From Octopus bimaculoides (lineage: Eukaryota): 64,000 nucleotides of DNA. The DNA is taken from positions 75,216,064 through 75,280,063 of the forward strand of contig NC_068989.1 in assembly GCF_001194135.2 (NCBI RefSeq), read 5' to 3'. The position numbers and the translations under genes are program-made. The notes under the pieces are model-generated. The model was not told the origin of the DNA. It saw only the letters and a program-made list of their open reading frames with translations, and did no database searches. Position 1 is the stretch's first letter; each line of letters starts with the position of its first letter. Below, one piece after another: positions 14,301 through 27,200 of the stretch.

Positions 14301-15773
14301 TTGTCTTAAAACAAGTGTTCCAAGTCTTCCTTAAGATAGAAATATTTTTAACACTAAAAAAAGAAAATGAAAAATAACATGATGCTTTTATTAATTGTTA
14401 TTTCATATAGTAAATTAGTCATTATAAACAAGTCTGTAAAAGATTCATCTGCAAGGTTTTATTTAAGCTCTTAAATCTACAAATGACAAGTAATTGATGT
14501 AAAATGAAATTTTTATAACCAGGGACCAAAATCTTGATTAGTCAAGAATTTAGGAGTTGGCACTGTAATGCTCTTCACTGCATTCCATATTTAATTAAGT
14601 TTTAGTTAATCAGAGTTTCAGAGTTGTCTCCCTTATATTTTTTGACCAGAATTAGTTATTTATATACTGTTTGTTTTCATAAGTTTATTTAAAATTAAAA
14701 TTCCTTCGCTTACTAGATCAAGTATGTTAAGCACCCACTTCACTATTTCGGTCAATACAAGAGTACCTGACCAGTCTGTTCCTATTCATATACTGACTAT
14801 TGTGGTATCTGCTTAACTAAGAAAATATTCATTAGTTCTCTTCTGAAATTATACTCTTTGTTGAAGGCTTGAGGTTTAGCTGCCAAAATAGGGCAGTGGC
14901 ACCATCATTGTTGTTGTGGTAAGCTGACAGAAATGCTTTCTGGTATGTCTTCCTCACTGTGTTCTGGTTTCAAATTCTGCCGAGATTGACATTACTTTTC
15001 CTTCTCTAAAGGTTAATAAAAGTACCAGTTGAGCTCTGGGGTTGATGTCATTAACTAGCCTTTTATCCCCAAATTTTAGGCCTTGTGCCTTTAGTAAAAA
15101 GGATCAACATCACCATGAGGCTATTATATGCTATTTTAGTTAGCAGGGAAGTTATCTTTAGACTAACTCTTCCACTCTTTTACTTGTTTTAGTCATTTGA
15201 CTACAGCCATGCTGGAGCACTGCCTTTAGTCGAATAAATCGACCCCAGGACTTATTCTTTGTAAGCTTAGCACTTATACTATCGGTCACTTTTGCCGAAC
15301 TGCTAAGTTACAGGGATGTAAACACACCATCATTAGTTGTCACACGCACACACACACACACACAAACAGGCTTCTTTCAGTTTCTGTCTATCAAATCCAC
15401 TCACAAGTCTTTGGTCAGTCCGAGGTGATAGTAGAAGATGCTATGCAGTGGGACTGAACCCAGAACCCAGAACCATGTGGTTGGTAAGCAAGCCTCTTAC
15501 GACACCAGCCAAATCTCAAGAAATTTTCTTAGGATTCTTGCAACATTACAGAATGACATTTTCCTGCTGGTCGACAAAGCCTGCTTCAATTCCAATATCC
15601 TTCGGTATTTTACGTAACAGTTGGATGGTGTGTGTCAAGTGTGCTAGTTACCACAGGAACATTTGTCACCTTGGCTTTCCACAATCTTTTCACCTCTCCA
15701 TCTCGGTCCTGATAGCATTCAGTTTTCTCAATTTCTTTGCTATACACTCTATTAAATCATTGATGTTGCTGTT

Positions 15774-15811
<38 letters not shown>

Positions 15812-16022
15812 TATTGTGGTGATTTGGCAGAATTGGCAGAAAACCTGCATTGCTGTATTTCTTTCTTCTCTTCACATTTTGTGTTCAGATCATGCTGAGG
15901 TCACCTTTGCTTTTCATCTCTTCAGAGGTCAATAAATTAAAGTTCTAATCAGTTACTGGGGTTGATGGAGTCATCTCACTCCCCTCCCTCAAAATTGCTT
16001 GTCTTGTACTAAATTAGAAGCA

Positions 16023-16063
<41 letters not shown>

Positions 16064-17881
16064 CATTATTATTATTATTTTCTTTTTCCAGGTTGTAGAT
16101 GCCCTTCTGCTTACTATGGATGATGATGAGAATCCCCGTGTCCAAGCCCATGCTGCAGCTGCTCTGGTCAATTTCAGTGATGACTGTCCCAAATCTATCC
16201 TCCTTGAATATCTCGATACTATACTAGGAAAGCTTGAACAAGTGCTGAATAAAAAGCTCCACGAGGTAAGTGACATACACATAACTAAAGCCTGTATACT
16301 GAAGTTTATAAAATTTTATTTCTGATATAGCAAAATGCTTATTACTGATCCCCTTCTTCATAAAACCTGGCTTTACAAAAAGTCCTGCATTGTAACCCCA
16401 GAACAAACTATATTCATTTAGCTTCCTTTATTTTTATTTTTCATTTTCTTCTTTGTTTCAGTTGGTTGAGAAAGGTCGCAAGTTGGTGTTGGAACAGGTG
16501 GTTTCTACTTTAGCTGCAGTGGCCGACACAGCAGAAGAAAAATTTGTCCTCTATTATGATAAGTAAGTTGATGTTTATTGATGCTTTATTCTGCAGCAGC
16601 TTGGACAAGTGTCTTGTACCAAAGCTTTAGGGATATTCTCTCCTATCTGTTATAGGAGTTACGAGCACATTCACTGACATATATACACACAATGATCAAA
16701 TTCAATCATAAGGCTTTGGTTGGCCTGAAGCTATAGCAGAAGACACTTGCCCAGGGTACCACGCATGGGATTTAACCTGAAACCATGTGGTTTGAGACTC
16801 AAGCTTCCTAACTATGTAGCCATATTATAAAATAAACACAGGCTGGGTTTTTTTTTTTTTTTTTTGTAAGAATATGTTCACTGTATTCTGGGTGTTGTGA
16901 GGGGGCGACTAAGTAGGAAGAGCATTCAGTCGTAAAACACTACTTCAAAATGTCCTTACTAACTCATGCCAGCATGGAAAAGCAGATGTAAACATGGTGA
17001 TGGTGTGTGTAGTCTTATGTTCCTTTACGTCCTGTAACTCAGCTGTTCAATGAGTAAATATCAATAAGTTAAGTACATGTATTCTGGCAGTGTTTCAGCA
17101 TTTCTGTCGTCCACTGACTGAAACAAATTGTAGAATACCCAAATGTGAACTGTTGCACAAGTTTCCTTGTATTGTAGAATCTACATAACAAAGGGGTTTG
17201 TTGTGAATCTTGGTAATCTGAGACTGGACTCGTGTTTCTAATCACACAGCCGCTGGTGAAATCCAATTAGATCAAAACATCGTTTTGGTTAATTGGCCTA
17301 TGACTCGCATATTCTCTTGTAGTTAAGACACCAAAATTTACTTTAGAGGAAGGCGCAAAGTACTTTACTATACAGAATCTATCTTCACAGATTTCTGTCT
17401 GTGTGTGTGTAAATGCACCTGCATGCGCATGTGTGTGTGTGTGTGTGTGGTTAAGAAACTAACTTTGCCACCATATTGTTACAAGTTTAGTCCCACTGTG
17501 TAGCACCTTGGGCAAGTATCATCATCATCATCATCATCATCATCATTTAACATCTGTTTTCCATGCTGGCATGTGTTGGACGGTTTGACAAGAGCTGGCC
17601 AGATGAAGTGCTGCCTAGGCTCTATGTCTGTTTTGGCATGGTTTCTATGGCTGGATGCCCTTCCTAACACCAACCACTTTACAGAGTACTGGGTGCTTTC
17701 AAGCAGCACTGGAGCATTGGTGCATTTATATCGCACCAATATGGGTGCTTTGTACATGACACCAGCACCCACAAGCCTGTATTCCAAAATATCATCGGAT
17801 TATAGATAACTAAATTACAACAGGTATATAGTCCATTTTTTGTTATATAGTGCATTGTTGTACCATTCAAAACTTTTTATT

Positions 17882-17928
<47 letters not shown>

Positions 17929-18297
17929 TACATGTACGTCGTTGCCAGTGCCGCTGGACTGGCTCCTGTGCAGGTTGCACGTAAAGAACACCATTTTGAG
18001 CATGGCCATTGCCAGTACCGTGAGACTGGCCCTCGTGCGGGTGGCACGTAAAAGCACCCACTACACTCAGAGTGGTTGGTGTTAGGAAGGGCATCTAGCT
18101 GTAGAAACTCTGCCAGATCAGATTGGAGCCTGGTGCAGCCATCTGGTTCATCAGTCCTCAGTCAAANNNNNNNNNNGTAGAAACTCTGCCAGATCAGATT
18201 GGAGCCTGGTGCAGCCATCTGGTTCATCAGTCCTCAGTCAAATCGTCCAACCCATGCTAGCATGGAAAGCAGACGTTAAATGACGATGATGATGATG

Positions 18298-18338
<41 letters not shown>

Positions 18339-21300
18339 CAGGTAAATAGATAGGTAAAATATATGTGTATGTCTTTTTGTTTTTACAGGTTCATGCCCTG
18401 TTTGAAATATATTGTTCAGCATGCTACAAGAGTTGAATTAAGGCTCCTTAGAGGGAAAACAATAGAATGCATAAGTTTAATAGGACTCGCTGTTGGCAAA
18501 GAGAAGGTATGTTGTTTTCATTTCAATTTGAATATATTATAGATTCCATTGCAAAGAAAAAATATTTTGTGATGTTGAAATTCCTTATCATTATCTTGGA
18601 TCTTGAAGATGAAAAAAAGTTTGTTTCTTGCTATATCTGAAATCTTGAAAGTTATGTTATTTTTAGATTTGTGCTCACTGGGTGTGATCTTATACTGAAA
18701 TATCTTTTTGTGTTTGTTGAGTAATAACTCTCAGTTTATATTATTTATCTACTAGCCTAAAACGAAATCTGTCAGGTGTGATAAACCACAAAAAATTTCA
18801 ACAACAACACATTGTCTGTCTGTCTGTCTGTCTCTCTCTGCCTGTCAAAAAAAATTAAGATTCAGTTGAATTAGATATTTAAATTGAGGCACCTTGCTAG
18901 TTCAGTTTAATCTGCACACCCCAACAATATTATCTGAATATTGAATATCAATACTCCGTGTAGGAGTATTTGTACCATATATTCCTGTTGTGTGTGTAGA
19001 CAACACAACCCAGCTAAGTGAAGATATTCACTCTTGGTAATTGACGCATGTACTTTTTATAAAGGTACTTTCCATAGTATTTCCTAAGTGCAGATTCCAA
19101 GTTAGGTGAACAGAATAAGTAGCAAAGATGTACAGGTGTCAATTCATTACAGCCGTTGCAAACGGCTCCATTTAATCCATTAATGAAAACATTACATTAA
19201 TTTGAAAGAAACCGTTCTTGTCAGATGAACACATAAAGGATAAACTTGTTGGTTTCAGTTTGCATTTCAGGTCAGCAAGGCAGGTCTGAATCAGTCCATC
19301 CTGCTTATCAAATATGCACATTTGCCTGGATTTTGTGTTCACTCTGTCTCAAGCAGTCAGACCAGGCTTGTGGTTTTAGAGTAAGCCAATGCCTACTTGC
19401 TAAACTGTAGTGGACTTAACAAGGTATGCATTACTTGCTAAACTCATTCTGCCACAGTTGTAACAAAAGGAAACAATGTAAAAAATTTGGTTTCCATTAT
19501 TGATGTAAATTTGTTTTAAAAAATTGGTTTATTCTTTATGCTTGAAGTCTGTGAGTTTATCTGAGGAGAATGGTTTCTTTCAAATTGATGTAATGTTTGT
19601 ATTAATCAATTAAATGGAGCCACTTGAAATGGACGTAATGAATTGACACCTGTACATCTTTGTTACTTATTTATATATATATGTGCCAGTGGCACGTGAA
19701 AAGACATTTGAGTTAGTTCGTTGCCAGTACCTCCTGACTGGCCTTCGTGCCGGTGGCATGTAAAAGCACCCACTACACTCTCAGAGTGGTTGGCGTTAGG
19801 AAAGGCATCCAGCTGTAGAAACTCTGCCAAATCAGATTGGAGCCTGGTGTAGCCATCTGGTTCACCAGTCCTCAGTCAAATCGTCCAACCCATGCTAGCA
19901 TGGAAAGCGGACGTTAAACGATGATGATGATGTGTGTGTGTGTGTAATGGCTGCTACACTAGATAGAAAGCAAGGCATTAAGGCACTGAGTTACTCTGAA
20001 ACCACAAACCTGGTCTGACTGCTTGGGAGAGAGTAAACTGCTAATGTCACATAACATCGAGGCAAATGTTCATATTTGATAAGCAGGATGGACTGTTTCA
20101 GACCTGCCTTCGCATGAAATGCAAATTGACACCAGGGTGTAAATGCAAAAACATAAGCTGACTGAGGTGATGTGGAATGTGTAAGGTGGACTGTTGCATA
20201 CCTATGTCGCATAGAGTGGTTCAAATAGAAAGAAAGACATTAGTTCAAGAAGAATGACTGAGATGATAATCCCACCCCGAACACTATATTTTTACATCTT
20301 TCTTAATATTTTCTGCCCCTCCCCTCTGTTCTACATCTCCAGTTTGTAGACACTCCAAAAAACCCCAGGTACAAACCACCCCATCCTTTAAATTTTTGTT
20401 TGTATTTTGTTTAGTTCATGCAAGATTGCAGTGAAGTGATGCAGCTACTTTTGAAAACGCAAACCGATATGAAAGACTTACCTGATGATGATCCACAGGT
20501 TGGAAGATTTCGCTAATATCTTTAATCTTTTACTTGCTTCAGTTATTAGACTGCCCCATGGTGGGGCATTGCTTTGTATAAGATTTTGTCGTTAAAGTGT
20601 TTATGTGCAGTAAATTGTTTACACTACTACAATACACAAAATATTTCAATTTTTTTTAATACAATTCTTAATAATATTCAAGTATAAAAATACAGTAGGA
20701 TGTTTTAAATATACATTGAATGGCCATAGAGATCTTGTAGAGCAAAATAGGAACCAAAGGAGTCTATATGCAAAAGATGGTTAAGAACCATGCACCCTCC
20801 AAAAAAGCAACAATGAGGATGTTGATGATAGTGGTAACAGCATTGACAATGGGGAGTATTTTACTAATAGTAACAGAATTATACTTTTTTGTGATATATA
20901 TAAAACTCTAAGCCTGTCTCTTATTTAATGCTCTGTTGCACATAATTATGTTAAAAGAGTAAAACGACCTGGTTGATATTTGGTAATGTACTATCAACTG
21001 AAAGCTCTCAATAAAGTTGCTGTAGGTGTTTTATGGTGTACTTCAATAGCACACTTCACTCTACTTGCCCTGAACTTATATAGCTGATAACATCATCTGT
21101 TAATATCTGTTTTTCATGTTGGAATGTGTACAGGGATAGGCTTGTGATTGTTAGGTTGTAAGTTTAATTTTCAGACAAGGTAGTTCGTTGTTTCCTTGGA
21201 CAACATGCCTTGTTTCACATGGTCCACCTAACTGGAAATGAAGACTAGTGAAATCCTGATGTGGTTGGGTGAGTTAATCTTGTGATAGGCTTTGTGTCCT

Positions 21301-24209
21301 TTTCAACACAAGAATCTAGTGCTTTCAGTTACTTAAACACCACAGAAACCAGAATAAACTCTGGCCAAATGAGCTTGTAATCTCAAGACAGTTTTTAACT
21401 TTCAGCTTCTAGGAATGTTGGTTGAGAAAGTTGAACAAGTCCTGTTCATACACCCACTTAATGTTATGAAACCAAAGTTAAAGCCAAGTTGTTGTTGTCA
21501 TATATTGTATGCTTTTTCAGCATGTTGATGACACTACAAAAGCCCTCTAGATTAAACAGGAGTTCTCCCAACAGATGAAACCATAGGATTACTTCATTCT
21601 GGCTTTCTAATGGTGTTTTTTTTTTGCAGAGATATTGGATTGGTTTGCCATTACCTTCTCCAACTAGATAGCCATTGCCCCACAAGGAGTAATACTGTGC
21701 GATGTGACTCTTAGTTTATTACTTACAATTCTGCCCTTTGGCAGGTCTTGTTTTGAGCCTTACTGGATGTCCAGACACCCTCTTCACAAGTGTAGCAAGC
21801 TACTCAAATGGGGGAGCTAGTTTAGCCACCAACCACCTGATCATGAAACAGGTAACACTGGTTTATGTGATACCCACAACAGGTCTCATCAGCCTGTGAA
21901 GGAATTCCTGTCTTGACCACAAGAGTTTATAGAAGCACATTTTTGGTTTGGGTGATATATTTACCTTTCTGCATGTCATATATACATATGCCATAAACTC
22001 TGTAATTTGCTCTATTTTGCTTTTCTAAATTGCAATGTTTTTGTCTTCTGTAGATATCTTATATGATTTCTGCTTGGGCTAGAATGTGTAAAATTTTGGG
22101 CACAGAGTTCCAACAGTACCTTCCTATGGTTATGGGACCTGTTTTGAAAGCTGTTGCAATACAACCAGATGTGGCTGTTGTTAATAGTAAGTAGCAATTT
22201 ATTCTTTGTCTCTTAAATAGCAAAAAGTTAATTCAGATAATTCAATTCCAGGCAGCATTTATGTCCTAATTGTGTATTGTGTCCTAAGAAACTATAGTTG
22301 TAAGCATGGCTGTGTGGTTAAGAAGCAAGCTTTGAAACTACATGGTTTCGGATTCAATCCCTATGACCACACATGTTTTCAAAAAATGACTGGAAATGAA
22401 GGACAGTACTTGCATATGATGGTGGCATTTGTTTGCAAGTGTCACATGATGTCATGGTAAGGGGAAAGTAACAAATACACACACTTATTCGTGTATGTAT
22501 GTATGTATGTATATATATATATATATTGTTGAGTCTTGGGAGGGTTATTATGCTAGCTGGCAGAATTGTTAGTATACTGGGCGAAATGCTTTGTGGCATG
22601 CTGTCTGTTACTATACTCTGAGTTCAAATTCCGCCAGTGTTGATTTTGCCTTTCATCCTTTCAGGTTTGATAAATTAAATACCAGTAAAACACTGGGGTT
22701 GATGTAATTGGACTAGTCCCTCCCAGTAAATTTCAAGCCTTGTGTTTTTAGTAGAAATGATTATTAGTAATATAATGACACTTCCTAGACAAGATCTGTT
22801 TCAACACGTGAATTCACATCAGGAGTTTTACAAACCATATACAAAAAACGGAATATATATATATATGACTGGCTTCTTTCAGTCTATCAAGTCTATTCAC
22901 AAAGCTTTGGGTGACCCAGAGCTGTAGTAGAAGGCACTTATCCAAAGTGTTATGCAGTGGGTTTGAACTTGAACCCATGTGTTTGGGAAGCAAACTTCTG
23001 GTCATGCTTGTACCATCCTTTACCATAAAGCAATACCCTGCGGATTGTATACTATGTTGCCCAGTAAACAGTATGTTATGTACTGTAGCTAATTTTGCTA
23101 TACGAATCAGTGTTTGACAGTTGTACAATGCTGTACTTGCAATATAATGGATGGTAAAGTCCCATAAATATGTTTTAGCACTTGGATTTGCTTACAGTGA
23201 AAGAATCATAAATAAAATCAGTAAATAAGAAATAGAGATAAAGCAGAATGAATAATTATTTGTTGATTGCTGAATGTCCAGTAAACATTTGGTATGATGT
23301 CATTTTAGAATAATAATTAAAAAAAAAAAAACAGGCATTTTCCAGTTGTGGAAAAAAAAGGAAAAGCAAAGATATTCAACTGGTCGTTGCCAGTGCCGCT
23401 GGACTGGCTCTCGTGCAGGTGGCACGTAAAAAACACCTTTTTGAGCGTAGCCGTTGCCAGTTCTGTGTGACTGGCCATCATACCAGTGGCACATAAAAGC
23501 ACCCACTACACTCTTGGAGTGGTTGGCGTTAGGAAGGGCATCCAGCTGTAGAAACTCTGCCAGATCAGATTGGAGCCTCGTGCAGCCTTCTGGCTTGCCA
23601 GTCCTCAGTCAAATCATCCAACCCATACTAGCATGGAAGGCGAACGTTAAACAATGATGATGATGATGATTCAACCTAGTTAAACAAGCTAGCATGTTGC
23701 TAGTTGTTTTCTTTTCTGTATGAGTTTTCGAGTGTCATTACTGTATTGATCTCCCTCGCATTTCCTTCCAATCTCTCTTCCTCACTCTGTATATTTGTGT
23801 GTGTGTGTCTGTGTTCTTGCTTATATATTTATTTTACCCCCTTTAATTTCTGTTCAGGTGATGATATGAAAGAAATGGAAGATGACACAGATTGGCAATT
23901 TGTTACTTTAGGCGACCAAGTAAGTCTTCAATCACTGTTTTGTCTTTTTATCGTTTTGTTAATGTAAAGAGACAAATATCTTCATTCTATTTAAATGTAA
24001 TCTTTTGAATAAATTTCCATAACTTTGGGCTGTGTGGTAAGAAGTTTGCTTCCCAACCACATGGCTGCAGGTTCAGTCTCACTACATGGCACCTTGTGCA
24101 GTGTCATATATAGCCTTGGGCCAACCAAAGCCTTGTGTGTGGATTTGGTAGACAGAAACTGAAAGGAGCCCATTGTGTGTGCATGTGTGTGTGTGTGTAT
24201 GTATGTGTT

Positions 24210-24250
<41 letters not shown>

Positions 24251-27200
24251 NNNNNNNNNNNNNNNNNNNNNNNNNNNNNNNNNNNNNNNNNNNNNNNNNN
24301 NNNNNNNNNNNNNNNNNNNNNNNNNNNNNNNNNNNNNNNNNNNNNNNNNNNNNNNNNNNNNNNNNNNNNNNNNNNNNNNNNNNNNNNNNNNNNNNNNNNN
24401 NNNNNNNNNNNNNNNNNNNNNNNNNNNNNNNNNNNNNNNNNNNNNNNNNNNNNNNNNNNNNNNNNNNNNNNNNNNNNACTACACTCTTGAAGTGGTTGGT
24501 GTTAGGAAGGGCATCCAGCTGTAGAAACTCTGCCAGATCAGATTGGAGCCTGGTGTAGCCATCTGGTATGCCAGTCCTCAGTCAAATTGTCCAACCCATG
24601 CCAGCATGGAAAGCAGACGTTAAACGATGATGATGATATATATATATCTGTGTGTGTATATTCCCCTCAGCTGCTTCATAAGTGGTGTTGGTGTGTTTAC
24701 ATCCCTGTAACTTAGCAGTTCAGCAAAATAGACTAATAGAATAAGTACCAGGCTTTCAAAAACAAAAAAATGCTGTGATTGATTCATTCAACTGAAATTC
24801 TTCAAAGCAGTGCCCCAGCATGGCCACTATCTGATGACTGAAACAAATATGAGTTAAAAGGTGGGTGTGTGTATAAACTTCAAATTGAAACTTGGATGGT
24901 TAATGCAATGAGCTTTAACATTAGACACAAAGAATGTTCTCTAGTTGGTGCTTTATTCTTTCATCCTGTTTTATTAATGAATAGCATCCAGCTAAGCATA
25001 CATATGGCGAAAAGCGAGTCTTGATCATCCAGTTTTTCTAGATAAAGTATTATCTGAAATTAAATTATCCAATACATTATTCTTTTATTTTAAAGAATGC
25101 TATTGTGCGATTGGAGAAAGATTTGGCTGTTGTTTCTAGCAGTGTGAATGACCGTGTACAGGCACTATCGTTTACTCTGCTGAATTTGAAAGGCGTCATC
25201 TCCCATTTTCTCTTTATCCTGGAATTTCCGTTTAAGACATGAATGCACATTGTACCTTCCCAGCCACATGGTCATGAGTTCAATCTTATTGTATGGTACT
25301 TTATGCAAGTGTCTTCCCTCTAAAACCCTGAGTTTGAAAAAATCTTGTATGTAGATTTGTTAGACAGAAACTGAAAGAAGCCCACTGCGCATGTCTGAGT
25401 GTGCATGTCTCCTTGTCTTGACATCAAGTGATAGTTATAAACGAGTGCTACTGTCATATAACCAGTGTCCTTCGTTTCCAGTATTCTTCAAAATCATACC
25501 TCGACATGGGGAAATATTACCTTATTTGGAGACATGTGAGGGATGGCAGTGTGAAGAGCATCCAGCCATTGAAAATCTGTCCCAGTAAACTTTGACTCAT
25601 GCAAGCATGGAAAAGTGGAGATTTAATGATGATTTATGCACAGATATGCATATCAATAGATGTGAGTAAATATATTCAGAGTGAAAAAGACGCTCTTTGG
25701 TCATGAATGGCCATGGGATTGCACCTAGAAAGTTATCCTCCAAGGCACAAGTCTGAGCAAGGTTGTTTATGAAAGACCAACAGTCATCCATGCATACCAG
25801 CCTCTCCTATCCATGCCACTGATGTTATTCAAGGGAAAGACAAAGACCGATACAGCTTGGCACCAGTGACATCGCAACTCATTTTTTCAGCTGAGTGAAC
25901 TGGAGCAACGTGAAATAAAATGTCTTGCTCAAAAATGCAACACACAGCATTGTCCAGGAATCGAACTCACTATCCCATAATTGTGAGCCCAACGCTCTAA
26001 CCACTGAGCCATGCACCTTCACCAATGTTATATTTTTATGTATTTAAAATTTGTTTTTTTTTTTTTTATTATTGCAGCAAAGTATAGGTGTACGTACTTC
26101 TGGTCTTGAGGAGAAAGCTACAGCCTGCCAAATGATTGTCTGTTATGCTCGTGAGCTGAAGGAGGGTTTTGCTGAATATACAGAAGAAGTAGTCAAACTA
26201 ATTGTACCACTGCTAAAGTTTGTTTTCCACGATGGTATCCTTCCCAAAGTTCACCTATCTAATTAATGATTATTCTACATTCAAGCTGGCATATTTATAA
26301 GATCTTATTATTATCATCATTATTCAGGCAATTATCTAGGTTGTGCAGTTAAGAAGTTTATTTCACAACTGCATAGTACCAGGCTTGATCCCATTGCTTG
26401 GAATGTTGAACATGTGTGTGCTTTAGCATAGCCTCTGGTTGGGCAATGCCATGAAAGTGAAATTTGGAAGATGGACACTGTAAGAAGCCCATCTTTATAT
26501 GTGCATATGTGTGTTTTTCTCCCTGTGTCTTTGAATTGATACTGCTTGGGCAACAGTGATGTTTGTTTTTGCCCCACAGTTTGATATGCAAATAATATTG
26601 GGAAATACTTGAAAAATAAGGGCTGACAGAACAAATACCACACAGCTACATGTCTACATGCAAAAGCTTACAAAATATGTCAATATATAAAATAGTAAAA
26701 CACAGATATGAAATTTTTTTTTTCATTAAGGGATGTTCAGTGCAAAGATTTCATGTGGTGGGGGATGAAATCGTGAGACATTTTATACTTTTCTTAAGAA
26801 CATAAACAAATGTTAAATGATGTAAATCAAGAAAGAAACAGATCTGGTGCTTGGTTCTCTAGAAACTTTATTACTATTTTATTGCAGTAATTTTGTATTT
26901 TATTTTATTACAGTAATTTTGTATTTAATTTTATTACAGTAATTTTGTATTTAATTTTATTACAGTAATTTTGTATTCAAAATTTTGTAATTTTGTAGAT
27001 AAGTTTGTTGTTGGGACGAAGTCGTTTAGAAACTGTGTTAAGCGTGACTGTACATTTACAATAGTGAAAGTAACACTTTTATCATATGGTAACAGAGTAC
27101 CTTCTCTTGATGTGATCAAGCACCTATTCCTCTTCATGGCTCTTTTACTCTAACGTTTCTGTTTGACTTGTGGCTGCTTCTGTCCCCCTCTTTTAACTTT

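Noticed and set aside
16266-16461. Short IPO5 intron as a possible snoRNA host
   Set aside because: No convincing C/D box pair with terminal stem and no H/ACA double hairpin seen by eye.
18101-18242. 66-bp duplication around a 10-N gap
   Set aside because: Identical sequence on both sides of a minimal gap; assembly artefact.
21860-21900. CTGATGA on the minus strand as a possible further hammerhead
   Set aside because: No GAAA follows the putative stem II, and stems I and III cannot be formed.
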